Positions 10,701 to 19,431 are shown, counted from the stretch's first letter. The stretch: DNA of 57,127 nucleotides from an uncultured Bacteroidales bacterium (GCA_964461045.1 CAYWSJ010000005.1:1-57127); one strand, 5' to 3'. Made by a program: numbers and translations. Notes: generated from the sequence alone by a model not told the origin.

Positions 10701-13700
10701 TTACCTATGAAGTCTCTGATGTTGATGGAGACAGTGATATCGGAACTGTGAATATAACAGTGAATGCTGTAGACGATAACCCTGTAGCCAATGATGATTC
10801 TGAATCTGTGGATGAAGATTCCAATGTAACAATTTCTGTACTCGACAATGATACAGGTCTGGGCGATGGCGGATTAACATTGGCCATTAATACCGATCCG
10901 GCCAATGGAACAGTTTCAGTGGATGGTGGTAACAATACAATTACGTATACACCTGATACAGACTACAATGGCCCTGACAGCTTCGTTTACCAGGTTTGTG
11001 ATGCCGATGGCGATTGCGACAATGCAACGGTTGATATTACAGTGAATGCTGTAGATGATGAACCTGTAGCAAATCCCGATAGTGAAACAACCAGTGAAGA
11101 TACGCCAGCTACAGTGAATGTGGTTGACAATGATACAGGATTGGGTGATGGGGGAATAATTGTTACCATTTCTTCACAGGCCAGTCATGGTACAGTAAGC
11201 ATGAATCCGGATAATACGATAAACTATGTTCCGGATCCTGATTATGAAGGGTCAGATGCCTTTACTTACCAGATTTGCGATACAGACGGAGATTGTGATA
11301 TTGGAAATGTGAATATTACGATCACTTCTGTAAATGATGTACCTGTAGCTGTCAACGATACCTTAGCAACAAACGAAGATGTGGAGTTAACATCAAATAT
11401 CCTCGATAATGATACAGGATTGGGTGATGGGGGATTAATAATTGCTATTACTTCTGATCCTGTTCATGCAAATGTGGTTGAGAATGGAGACAGCACTATT
11501 ACTTACATTCCTGACCAGAATTTTTATGGAGAAGATAGCCTTGAATACCAGGTATGTGATGAAAATGGTTCTGGTGAATGCGATAATGCAAAAGTATATT
11601 TTATGGTTAACCCGGTTGATGATGGTGATCCTATTGCAAGAGATGATGAACGCGGAACCGAAAGGGATGTGGCTGTAGAAATTGATGTGCTTTTCAACGA
11701 TTCCGGAATGGAAGACGGTGGATTATATTTGAGAATTGATAATGTAAATGAACCGGCAAATGGAAATGCTACAGTGAATGACAGTACCATTACCTATTCT
11801 CCGGATCCAGGTTACCTGGGCACAGATAGCTTTGTTTACGAGTTATATGATTATGATAATGATGTAGATAATGCATGGGTAACTGTACACGTGAAAGAAA
11901 ATAATGAAATTCCGGTGGCAAACGATGATAATGTTTCCACTCATAAAAATACGCAACTTTTTATTGATGTACTAAGCAATGATACCCACCTGGGAGATGG
12001 GGGAATAGAAGTTGTGGAATGGATTTCACCTGTCCATGGATCTATTGAAACTATTGATTCGAATTATGTAAAATATCTGCCGGACCGCGATTATGTTGGT
12101 GAAGATCATTTTACTTATAAAGTTAATGATGCAGAAGGGGATTATGATACAGCTTCTGTTTATATCACCATTACAGATGATAACAATATTTTACCTGTTG
12201 CAAATGATGATTTAATATCTACTGATGAAGATACAGAGGTTACGTATAATGTGCTTAGTAATGATAATAATCTGGACGATGGAATTTATACTTTAACTGT
12301 TACTGGAGATCCGGTAAATGGGTCAGTAACCGATGTTGAAACCAGTGGCAATATTTCTTATCTCCCTGATTTTGATTTTTATGGTCAGGACAGCCTTGTT
12401 TATGAAGTTTGCGATTTAAACAATGACTGCGATCAGGCAACAGCAGTTATAGAAGTAAATCCGGTAGATGATTATCAGCCTGTAGCAAATGATGACTCCA
12501 GTGGTACAAGTCAGAATACATCTGTTAATGTAAATGTGCTTATGAACGATACCGGACTGGACGACGGAAATATTGTAATTACAGAACATTTAGCTCCGGG
12601 AAATGGCACAATTACAGGTATTGGAGATGAAACCGTAACATACACACCAGATAACGGGTATTTAGGTTACGATAATTTTAAATACATGATTACTGATGAA
12701 GATGGTGATTTTGATACTGCAAATGTAAAAATCCATGTAAGAGAAAATAACCTGGTCCCCGTGGCTGATAAAGATACTGCTTCTACCGACAAATATACTC
12801 CTGTGAGTATTGATGTGATGGCAAATGATGTGCCCGGAGACGGAGACATGAAAGTAACGGAATTTATTGAACCAAAACATGGAACAATCACGAATATTGA
12901 TCCTTCAACCAATATCGTTACCTACAAACCGGATAGCAGCTTTACTATAGGGATTGATACTTTTACTTATAAGCTTGACGATATTGATGGTGACTGGGAT
13001 ACAGCAATGGTGGTTATTGCTGTATATGACAGCATCAATTCTGTTCCTGTGGCAAATGATGATTTTGAATATCTGGATGAAGATCGTCCGAAGACCTTTA
13101 ATGTACTTAAAAATGATGTGGGTCTTGAGGATGGAGGTATTGTTCTCTCTGTAAAAACCAGTCCGCTTAACGGCGTGGTTCAGAACTTGGGAGACAGTAC
13201 CATTACTTATCTGCCTAATACGGATTATTACGGGCAGGATAGTCTTGTTTACAGAGTAAGAGATAAAAATGGAGATACAGATACTGCTAATGTCTACCTG
13301 GATATTATTCCTATTGATGATCATTTCCCAAATGCAAGAGATGATTCCTCCGGTACAAGCAAGAATACTCCTGTTACTGTGAATGTGCTGATGAATGACG
13401 ATGGACTGGAGGATGGAATTACACTAACCAAATTATCTGACCCCGAACACGGGACCATTATAGTGAATGATAGTACCATTGAATATACTCCTGATACAGA
13501 TTATCTGGGACGTGATGAATTTGAATACCAGATTTGCGACATTGATGACCAGTGTGATAGAGCTACTGTAGTTATTGAAGTGAGAAAAGATAACATAATT
13601 CCGGTAGCGGTTGCAGATCAGGCATATACATTAATGAATCAGGAAGTGGATATACATGTATTGCATAACGATTCATTATTACAGGATGGAGTAGGAAAGG

Positions 13701-15961
13701 TTACTATATTTGAAACAGCTTCACACGGAACAGCTTTTGTGAATATTGATAATACAGTAACTTATACTCCTGATAGTTCTTTTACCGGAAATGATGAATT
13801 TATTTACAAAATTGACGATGTGGACGGTGACTGGGATACAGCGTTTGTTTCAGTGACAGTTGATTCTGTTCCGAACTATATTCCTGTTGCAAATGATGAT
13901 TCAAGAGGAACTGTCCAGAATGAATCTGTTGAGGTCGACGTGCTGATTAATGATACAGGCCTGGAAGACGGAGGCATCAGTCTTGAATTGATAGAGTCTC
14001 CGGAGAATGGAATTGCTGCTATAAACAGCCAGGTGAATACATTCTCTTATCAGCCGGATTACAATTACCTGGGAATGGATACATTTCAGTATGCAGTCTT
14101 CGATAAAGACAATGATTCAGATACTGCAACTGTATCAATAAATGTAAAAGAAAACAATCTTGTTCCTGTAGCAGTTGATGATACGGCTTCAACTATAATG
14201 AATCATCCGGTGACCATTCATGTACTGAACAACGACAGTCTCCTGCAGGATGGTATTGGCGGTGTAACTATTCATTCTGAGGCTGAACATGGCGAAATTT
14301 ATGTCGACCAGTATAATTCAATCGTATATACACCTTATAAATGGTATACAGGACAAGATGAATTTGAATACCTGGTTGAAGATGCAGATGGTGACTATGA
14401 TATTGCAACAGTATCAGTAACTATTGAAGAGATACCGAATTATAAACCTCTGGCAAGAAATGACTCAATTGGAACAAGCATGAATGAATCGGTTACGGTT
14501 GATGTGCTCAGAAATGACGAAGGACTGAATGATCTGCCAATAACCCTTACAGGAAATTCGAATCCGGAAAATGGTGTTATCTCTGTTAATGCAAATAATA
14601 CCATAACTTATATACCTGATAAAGATTTTCTGGGTTATGATTATTTTGAATATAAAGTAACAGATTACGATGACGAGTACGATTCAGCAACTGTTGAAAT
14701 TCATGTAAGAGAGAATAATACAGTTCCAATAGCAAATAATGATAAAGTTTATACAAGAATGAATACCAGTGTTTCCGTGAATGTAATTGAAAATGACGAG
14801 GGACTGGATGACGGAATGGGAGCTCTGATAATTGCCCAGGAACCTTCTTATGGTGAGGTGGTTGTTAATGAAGATTTTACTGTTGCTTATACACCCCATA
14901 ACTGGTTTGTTGGTCAGGATACTGTAATATATGAACTTATTGATGAAGATGGCGATTATGACCAGGCGCATCTGGCAGTTGGTGTCCTTGATGATCCCGG
15001 ACCACTGCCTGGTGTAGATATCACGGAAATGGATGACAGTACTACAGAAAATAAAACTACGGCACACTTTAACATGGTGCTGCAAACTGCTCCGGTAGCA
15101 AATGTCTTTATTAACCTTTCATCTGGTGATTTGAGTGAAGGAACCCTGTCAACAAACCAGGTAGAGTTTACTCCATTGAACTGGGACAGACAGGTAAGTG
15201 TAACTGTTACCGGTGTAGACGATGAAGTGCAGGATGGTGATATACTATATCAAATTCTGACTGATAATGCTGTAAGTGATGATTCAATATACAGCGACCT
15301 TACTGTTGAGAATGTTGATGCTGTTAATAAAGACAACGACGAATGCGGTATAGAAGTTATTCTGCATGATGACAATACTACAAGCGAAAAGGGTGATAAA
15401 TCCCAATTTGGACTTGTATTATCTTCACAACCTGCTGCTGATGTTGTTATTGATTTGGAATCTTCTGATCAGACCGAAGGAATTGTGAGTACAAACCAGG
15501 TTGTTTTTACACCTTCAGACTGGGATACAGAGCAGGAAATAACAGTTACCGGTGTAAGTGATAATGAAATGGATGGAGATGTTGAATACCAGGTTGATCT
15601 CACTTCTTCGAGCACAGATACTTTGTATCATGATTTACCAATTGAGAGTGTAGAACTGGTGAACCTGGATAACAATGAGATTGAATCATTTATACCTGAT
15701 GCATTTTCGCCAAACAATGACGGATATAATGATCGTTTCTTCATTATGGGCCTCGAGAAATATGATGATCTTTCATTAAAGGTATATAACAGATGGGGAA
15801 CCCTGGTCTACTCTAATACTGATTATCAGAATGATTGGGATGGAAGAGCAAATGTTACAACGATGGGAGGAAATAAACTTCCCACAGGAACATACTATTT
15901 CAAACTAAATATCAAAGATACAGGTGAAACTATTGAAGGATCTGTCTTCTTAAAACGATAA
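4763..15961 (+). CDS. Giant T9SS-secreted surface adhesin with tandem Ig/cadherin-like (Big_9 / tandem-95-like) repeats and a type-B (gliding motility-associated) C-terminal domain
   Basis: Signal peptide MKKLLVFFFVLYAFYVNG|Q (likely ATG 4763; ORF track starts at GTG 4754); 26 ~93-aa repeats; C-terminal FIPDAFSPNNDGYND...VYNRWG...WDG...GTYYF...GSVFLKR; followed by a PorP-family gene. Confidence 0.93.
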   Translation: MKKLLVFFFVLYAFYVNGQEGTKQLMPNSSDRLWLEINCSGKEFATYGAPDKSRLYVYLNAGETMYFGMKIADYSWWDIENYNTAYFRVRNESGSVVYSETEIPGSGETGYVSTYDQAVTGPNGAIINNTTITGGYTPLSFTAPTSGNYYFEFISRDYYGNRDDNDRFAFEFFDATVTRNDTVITNPGEPNKSAGRLWSKGWALTNTSFVDYPAKVYFYVFTSDEFVNKIQYQMKPYSFDFVSNSFGVDNSSSLNVIEKAQSQDGNQTGSSDISEYRIFLNDPDRGVWKTTALPPPEVKVWYEDQLIYDYDYMREPQMLEIELDTLPLEKNMPSCSYSSVTIFTIETNVAGFTTILLDIDGNGYSTAGNDRVLHQELKKGRNYILWNFRNDNGDVVSNGPVSATATFYGRGATNFPLYDVETLSGVSTKTKRPFNKLCPTLYWDDSQISDWGDDAGTGSMDETEQRQLTYGSTEVPRVWAFNDDKEWSEHNGNMNTMNAWYNAIDLGRPHIDYNIITSDTLCVNGSRPMIADVHVDTTKNDPIVFFASDFTSKFSDPFDNPLTSIQVLSLPDHGTLELNSSPVNIGDNVDVSQISNLTFTPETDWTGETTFLWNGTNGTYSAEESDTVHLFINTPPDISHIGDTSICTDNDLQIQFTVDDADDIHDPEDIDVIAYSNNLNVVPNSGIEVTGTGATRTLTVQPFGIKSGYTIIYLQAYDGVTSIIEQFAIKMSPSLEFIGDTTVCAGSELELTAVEIGADSYIWERNGTVLGTERTYTDPALYAHETGTYTLTIVKGECTSSRDFTVSISPIVTFTGDTDLCVGENLSLSADETTADEYRWERGGYEVGTSKVLNINDLELSDAGNDYTLYVRKEGCENTSDPFTISVIENTDTTLTVTGCTVNLGEDGTVTIGNSDNGIVYNAYIASNLVATGVGTGSDLTITIPAADLNIGDNIVTITADNGNCIVDMVEEANVHVNVVPLAEDDMATTDEDTEVTVDVLDNDSGLDDGGLNITVETPPQNGSVTSIGYSTITYQPDQDFFGNDSLVYQVCDADGDCDQAKVYFTVNPVDDNPVANDDSETTNEDTPVTLNILDNDTGLDDGLTVTINTDVSDGNTAVNPDNTVTYTPNTDFNGTDSFTYTVEDEDGDSDNATAEISVIPVDDSPVANDDTDFTNEDTDVTTHVLDNDSGLGDGGLNVTIVNDASNGTTVVNGDNSITYSPSPDYNGPESITYQVCDVDGDCDNATLDITVNPVDDVPNAIDDNATTNEDTDVTVDVISNDENLGDGGLSVAINNNPSNGIVVVNADNTITYTPNADFNGSDSFEYQLCDADSDCDIATVTVNVSPTDDIPVANDDAASTNEDESVDVDVLSNDEGLGDGGLTLSVTTAANHGTAVVNGSTITYTPDPDFSGSDEFTYQVCDGDPTPDCDNATVSISVSSVDDTPDAVNDSESTDEDTEVTFNVLSNDNGLGDGGLTVTIESNASHGTASVNGDNTITYTPDANYFGSDSFDYQVCDGDNDCSIATVDMTVNPVDDIPVASDDAESTNQDTEVTFSVLNNDSGLGDGDLSVTVTDAPDHGTAVVNGDNTITYTPDPGYAGSDEFIYEVCDGDATPDCDNAVVTMTIDDTDDFPVANDDTQTTDEDNSVNVDVLDNDTGLEDGGLSVAVTANPSNGTATVNPDNTITYTPDENYNGPDNFDYEVCDADGDCDNANVDITVASVDDIPVANADGTSTDEDTDVTIDVLANDAGLGDGVNTVNIVTNPVNGTANVNAGSNTITYSPNTDFYGSDSLEYEICDTDGDCDTATVTISVNSVNDIPVANDDNASTAEDTDVTVNVLSNDNGLGDGGLSVNITAQPTHGTVSVNGDNTITYTPETDYNGSDSFTYQVCDVNDDCDEAVVDISISAENDEPDAISDSESTNEDTDVTISVLDNDTGLGDGGIDVTINTDPANGSVVANADNTITYTPATDYNGSDSFTYEVSDVDGDSDIGTVNITVNAVDDNPVANDDSESVDEDSNVTISVLDNDTGLGDGGLTLAINTDPANGTVSVDGGNNTITYTPDTDYNGPDSFVYQVCDADGDCDNATVDITVNAVDDEPVANPDSETTSEDTPATVNVVDNDTGLGDGGIIVTISSQASHGTVSMNPDNTINYVPDPDYEGSDAFTYQICDTDGDCDIGNVNITITSVNDVPVAVNDTLATNEDVELTSNILDNDTGLGDGGLIIAITSDPVHANVVENGDSTITYIPDQNFYGEDSLEYQVCDENGSGECDNAKVYFMVNPVDDGDPIARDDERGTERDVAVEIDVLFNDSGMEDGGLYLRIDNVNEPANGNATVNDSTITYSPDPGYLGTDSFVYELYDYDNDVDNAWVTVHVKENNEIPVANDDNVSTHKNTQLFIDVLSNDTHLGDGGIEVVEWISPVHGSIETIDSNYVKYLPDRDYVGEDHFTYKVNDAEGDYDTASVYITITDDNNILPVANDDLISTDEDTEVTYNVLSNDNNLDDGIYTLTVTGDPVNGSVTDVETSGNISYLPDFDFYGQDSLVYEVCDLNNDCDQATAVIEVNPVDDYQPVANDDSSGTSQNTSVNVNVLMNDTGLDDGNIVITEHLAPGNGTITGIGDETVTYTPDNGYLGYDNFKYMITDEDGDFDTANVKIHVRENNLVPVADKDTASTDKYTPVSIDVMANDVPGDGDMKVTEFIEPKHGTITNIDPSTNIVTYKPDSSFTIGIDTFTYKLDDIDGDWDTAMVVIAVYDSINSVPVANDDFEYLDEDRPKTFNVLKNDVGLEDGGIVLSVKTSPLNGVVQNLGDSTITYLPNTDYYGQDSLVYRVRDKNGDTDTANVYLDIIPIDDHFPNARDDSSGTSKNTPVTVNVLMNDDGLEDGITLTKLSDPEHGTIIVNDSTIEYTPDTDYLGRDEFEYQICDIDDQCDRATVVIEVRKDNIIPVAVADQAYTLMNQEVDIHVLHNDSLLQDGVGKVTIFETASHGTAFVNIDNTVTYTPDSSFTGNDEFIYKIDDVDGDWDTAFVSVTVDSVPNYIPVANDDSRGTVQNESVEVDVLINDTGLEDGGISLELIESPENGIAAINSQVNTFSYQPDYNYLGMDTFQYAVFDKDNDSDTATVSINVKENNLVPVAVDDTASTIMNHPVTIHVLNNDSLLQDGIGGVTIHSEAEHGEIYVDQYNSIVYTPYKWYTGQDEFEYLVEDADGDYDIATVSVTIEEIPNYKPLARNDSIGTSMNESVTVDVLRNDEGLNDLPITLTGNSNPENGVISVNANNTITYIPDKDFLGYDYFEYKVTDYDDEYDSATVEIHVRENNTVPIANNDKVYTRMNTSVSVNVIENDEGLDDGMGALIIAQEPSYGEVVVNEDFTVAYTPHNWFVGQDTVIYELIDEDGDYDQAHLAVGVLDDPGPLPGVDITEMDDSTTENKTTAHFNMVLQTAPVANVFINLSSGDLSEGTLSTNQVEFTPLNWDRQVSVTVTGVDDEVQDGDILYQILTDNAVSDDSIYSDLTVENVDAVNKDNDECGIEVILHDDNTTSEKGDKSQFGLVLSSQPAADVVIDLESSDQTEGIVSTNQVVFTPSDWDTEQEITVTGVSDNEMDGDVEYQVDLTSSSTDTLYHDLPIESVELVNLDNNEIESFIPDAFSPNNDGYNDRFFIMGLEKYDDLSLKVYNRWGTLVYSNTDYQNDWDGRANVTTMGGNKLPTGTYYFKLNIKDTGETIEGSVFLKR
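7700..14995 (+). repeat. 26 tandem ~93-94 aa Ig/cadherin-like repeats within the adhesin
   Basis: Counted by eye from the recurring PVAxDD...VLxND.GLxDG...ITYTP..DyxGxDSFxYxVxDxDGDxDxAxV pattern; 7,296 nt / 26 is about 281 nt per unit. Confidence 0.9.
15008..15680 (+). repeat. Two tandem Calx-beta-like/Ig domains before the CTD
   Basis: Twice-repeated S.G/D.sEGxxSTNQVxFTPxxWDxxxxxTVTGVxDxxxDGD motif. Confidence 0.65.
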
Positions 15962-15982
15962 AAAAAGTAAACCAAAATAATT

Positions 15983-16918
15983 ATGAAAAGATTGATAAGG
16001 AAAAAACCGATTGTTGGAGCGATTCTTTTGTTAATTATCTGTATGGGTGAAGTTAAAGCCCAGCAGGAACCAATGTTTACACAATATATGTTTAATACTT
16101 TATGGGTAAATCCTGCTTATGCGGGTACCAGGGAAGCATTAAATATTAATGCACTAACACGCCTGCAATGGGTTGGACTTGATGGTGCACCAAGAACATA
16201 CAGTGTGGCTATGCACACACCTATTACTGAAAAAAAGGCAGGGATTGGACTTACAATGGTAAATGATGTTTTTGGTCCTGTTCAAAATACTTATGCAACA
16301 GCAAATTATGCTTATCGTGTAACATTGTCTGAGAAGCTTACTTTGTCAATGGGCTTGAAAGGTGGAATAAATAGTTATTTTGCAGGCCTGAAAGATTTGA
16401 GTATAATAGACAGGGATGATCCACAATTTGAATCAAATGAGAAAAAAATAAACCCTAACATAGGCGCTGGGTTTTATCTGTATTCTGATAAATTCTATCT
16501 TGGAGTCTCCGCGCCTAAATTATTGGAAACTTCTATTGATGATGAATACAGCGATGGTAATTTTAAAACCAGGCGACATTACTATTTTATTGGAGGATTT
16601 ATCTGGAAATTAGCTCCAAACTGGATATTTAAACCATCGTTGCTAACACAATCAGTATCCAATGCACCTCTGACACATAATATCTCTTTTCAATTTTTAT
16701 ATGATCAGAGAATATGGCTGGGTGCTATGTTCCGTCCCGGAGATGCCGCAGGGGCTTTCTTTAATCTGAAAATTAATAAACGTTTGACTATTGGATACGG
16801 ATACGATTTTACATTTAGCAGTTTGTCAACTACAAACAGTGGATCTCATGAAATTATGTTCAGCTTTGATTTTGTAGATTTTGCTCCAGGTAAAGTTAAA
16901 TCGCCCAGGTACTTCTAA
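15983..16918 (+). CDS. PorP/SprF family type IX secretion system membrane protein
   Basis: AQQEPMFTQYMFNTLWVNPAYAG, RLQWVGLDGAPRT, GSHEIMFSF, C-terminal KSPRYF; immediately after a type-B CTD gene. Confidence 0.95.
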   Translation: MKRLIRKKPIVGAILLLIICMGEVKAQQEPMFTQYMFNTLWVNPAYAGTREALNINALTRLQWVGLDGAPRTYSVAMHTPITEKKAGIGLTMVNDVFGPVQNTYATANYAYRVTLSEKLTLSMGLKGGINSYFAGLKDLSIIDRDDPQFESNEKKINPNIGAGFYLYSDKFYLGVSAPKLLETSIDDEYSDGNFKTRRHYYFIGGFIWKLAPNWIFKPSLLTQSVSNAPLTHNISFQFLYDQRIWLGAMFRPGDAAGAFFNLKINKRLTIGYGYDFTFSSLSTTNSGSHEIMFSFDFVDFAPGKVKSPRYF

Positions 16919-16932
16919 ATATAATATTTTAA

Positions 16933-19431
16933 ATGAATTATCTTATGACTAAACAATTCACAGTAGCTATATTATTCATAATCTGCGTGTTCGGATTTGC
17001 TGAAAATTCATATTCTGTAGCTAAAAAAGATTCTACAATTTCTATTGATGAATCTCTTATTGCCGATGCTCGCGAGGCATACGAAGATATGGCCTATAGA
17101 AGGGCTATCAACCTTTATGAACAGCTGGTTGAAAAGAATTACCTGAATGCGAAAATTTATCAGCGACTGGCAGATTCATATTATAAAGTAAGAAATACAA
17201 AAAAAGCCGAGGAGTACTATAAAATATTAGTTACCTCTACTTTGCACTCTACAAAAGATGTATACGATCTTGTAAAAGTACTTAAATACAATGGGAAATA
17301 TAAAGAAGCGGAAAAATGGCTGGAACGATATGTAAGAACAAAGAGACGAGATACCTCTTCGGATGAGATAAATATGTCTGATAAAATTAACCAGCTGAAA
17401 TCATATCCGAGGTACAGAATTGATACACTTCCCTTTAACACAGGAAATTCTGAATTCGGCCCGTACATTTTTAATGACTATCTTTATTTTACTTCACACA
17501 GAAAAAAAGATGAAATTATTGATTATGAATATTCATGGGATGAGACTGATTTTCTTGATATTTATAAGATTAGTCTGGAAAACCTTGAAAACGAACCACA
17601 GTTTATAAGCAGGAAAATCAATTCAAAATATCATGATGGGCCACTGTGTTTTAGTGATGACGGGACTGAAGTTTATTTTTCCAGTAACAACAAAAATTTA
17701 ACTTTTTTTCCAATCAGGGGCAATAAAGGAGTGACTCATTTGAAAATTTTTATTTCAAAATACGACGGAGAAAAATTTACAACCCCTGAAGAATTATCTT
17801 TTAATAGCGATAATTATTCTTGTGCCCATCCTTCTGTTTCTTCGGATGGAGATACCCTTTATTTTACCTCAGATAAAAATGATGGATATGGAGGATCAGA
17901 TATTTATTATAGTGTACGGGAAGGTAATAAGTGGTCTCAACCTGTGAATATCGGAAATGAAATAAATACTGAAGGAGACGAAATGTTCCCGTTTATCCAT
18001 AAATCAGGTGACCTGTATTTTGCTTCAGACAGGCATTTAGGACTTGGTGGCCTCGATATCTTCAGAGCTTTTAGAAAGAATGGGAAATTTGTGGTGGAAA
18101 ATATGGGGTATCCTTTAAATACACGATTCGATGATTTCAGTATTTTTATTGGAAAAGATCCCAAAGTCGGTTATTTTGCTTCTAACAGAAATGAAGGACA
18201 AGGAAACGATGATGTTTATAAGTTTACAGTTACAAAAACAAAAGATCAAACGCTTATTATACAGGGAAAAATTCTTGATAAAAAGACAAATGAAAGAATT
18301 GATAATCCATCGGTTGTTTTAAAAGACTCTGAAGGAAATACAAGGCGTTTAATGTTTTTTAAAGAAGCTGTGGATTACAGCTTTAGCGTAGATCCAAAAA
18401 AAGAGTACACTGTAAATGTGAACAAAGAAGGTTATTTCCCAACAAAAATGAAGTTTTCTAAGAAAGAACTTATTAAAAAACAGGATATTTATGAGCATGA
18501 TATTTTCTTGAAAAAGAAACCTGTTTGGGGTATTTCAGGTACTGTCTATAATGCTGAAACCAAAGACCCTGTTGATAAAGCCAAGGTAACTGTTAAAAAT
18601 AGATTGAGTGCAGAGGAAACAACTTACGAAACAAGTGAGGAGGGATCATTCCGGATTAAATTGAAAAAGAATACAGACTATTATCTTCATTTTAATAAGG
18701 AAGGTTTTGAATCTATTCAACGAGAATACTACACACGTGGGAGAGAACACGGATGGGTAAATCTGAATGATCTCATGGATATTAACTTAATACCTGTAAA
18801 AGAAGAAGAATACACCTATCTGAAAGGAAAAATTAAAGATAAATCATCAGAGGAAGGAATTAAAGCAAAGTTGCAGCTCATTGACAATGATAAAAATAAG
18901 ATTGTGGCCACTTATCTGAGTGATAAAAATGGAAAATATAAGATCAGGTTGCCTGAGGTTAAAAAGTATGGAGTTGAGATAACAGCAAAAGATTATCTTT
19001 ATTTTGCCGAGCAAATTGATTTTAGCAAGATGAATGTTCAAAATGATATTATTCAGAAGGAGTTTGCCCTCGAAAAAATAGAAGTAGGTAAAAAAGTAGT
19101 GATTGAGAATATTTTCTTTGAAACAGGGAAATCCAAGCTTAAACCGGAATCTTATAAATCGCTTGATAAAGTGCTGAAATTGTTGAAGAACAATAAGGAT
19201 TTGAAGCTGGAAATTGCAGGACATACAGATAATGTAGGATCCTATATGGCAAATAAGAAATTATCGAAAAATAGGGCGAAAAGCGTAGTAGATTACCTGG
19301 TAGGTCATGGAATTAACCAGGCAAGACTTGAATATGAAGGATACTCATTTACAAAGCCAATAGCCACAAACAAAACATCTGCCGGAAGACAAAAAAACAG
19401 ACGAGTAGAATTTGAGATACTTGAGAAATAA
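16933..19431 (+). CDS. OmpA family protein, PorE-like (TPR + PD40 propeller + carboxypeptidase-regulatory-like domains + OmpA_C)
   Basis: N-terminal TPR-like helices; HPSVSSDGDTLYFTSD, GGSDIY, FASDRHLGLGGLDIF repeats; C-terminal GHTDNVGS...LSKNRAKSV...NRRVEF peptidoglycan-binding motif. Confidence 0.9.
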   Translation: MNYLMTKQFTVAILFIICVFGFAENSYSVAKKDSTISIDESLIADAREAYEDMAYRRAINLYEQLVEKNYLNAKIYQRLADSYYKVRNTKKAEEYYKILVTSTLHSTKDVYDLVKVLKYNGKYKEAEKWLERYVRTKRRDTSSDEINMSDKINQLKSYPRYRIDTLPFNTGNSEFGPYIFNDYLYFTSHRKKDEIIDYEYSWDETDFLDIYKISLENLENEPQFISRKINSKYHDGPLCFSDDGTEVYFSSNNKNLTFFPIRGNKGVTHLKIFISKYDGEKFTTPEELSFNSDNYSCAHPSVSSDGDTLYFTSDKNDGYGGSDIYYSVREGNKWSQPVNIGNEINTEGDEMFPFIHKSGDLYFASDRHLGLGGLDIFRAFRKNGKFVVENMGYPLNTRFDDFSIFIGKDPKVGYFASNRNEGQGNDDVYKFTVTKTKDQTLIIQGKILDKKTNERIDNPSVVLKDSEGNTRRLMFFKEAVDYSFSVDPKKEYTVNVNKEGYFPTKMKFSKKELIKKQDIYEHDIFLKKKPVWGISGTVYNAETKDPVDKAKVTVKNRLSAEETTYETSEEGSFRIKLKKNTDYYLHFNKEGFESIQREYYTRGREHGWVNLNDLMDINLIPVKEEEYTYLKGKIKDKSSEEGIKAKLQLIDNDKNKIVATYLSDKNGKYKIRLPEVKKYGVEITAKDYLYFAEQIDFSKMNVQNDIIQKEFALEKIEVGKKVVIENIFFETGKSKLKPESYKSLDKVLKLLKNNKDLKLEIAGHTDNVGSYMANKKLSKNRAKSVVDYLVGHGINQARLEYEGYSFTKPIATNKTSAGRQKNRRVEFEILEK

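Noticed and set aside
7700-14995. Regularly spaced repeats as a CRISPR array or DGR template
   Set aside because: Period is ~281 nt, in frame and protein-coding, with synonymous divergence; no cas or reverse transcriptase genes.
5198-15085. Many 60-140 aa antisense and alternate-frame ORFs inside the adhesin
   Set aside because: Shadow ORFs caused by repetitive, biased codon usage; no recognisable motifs.
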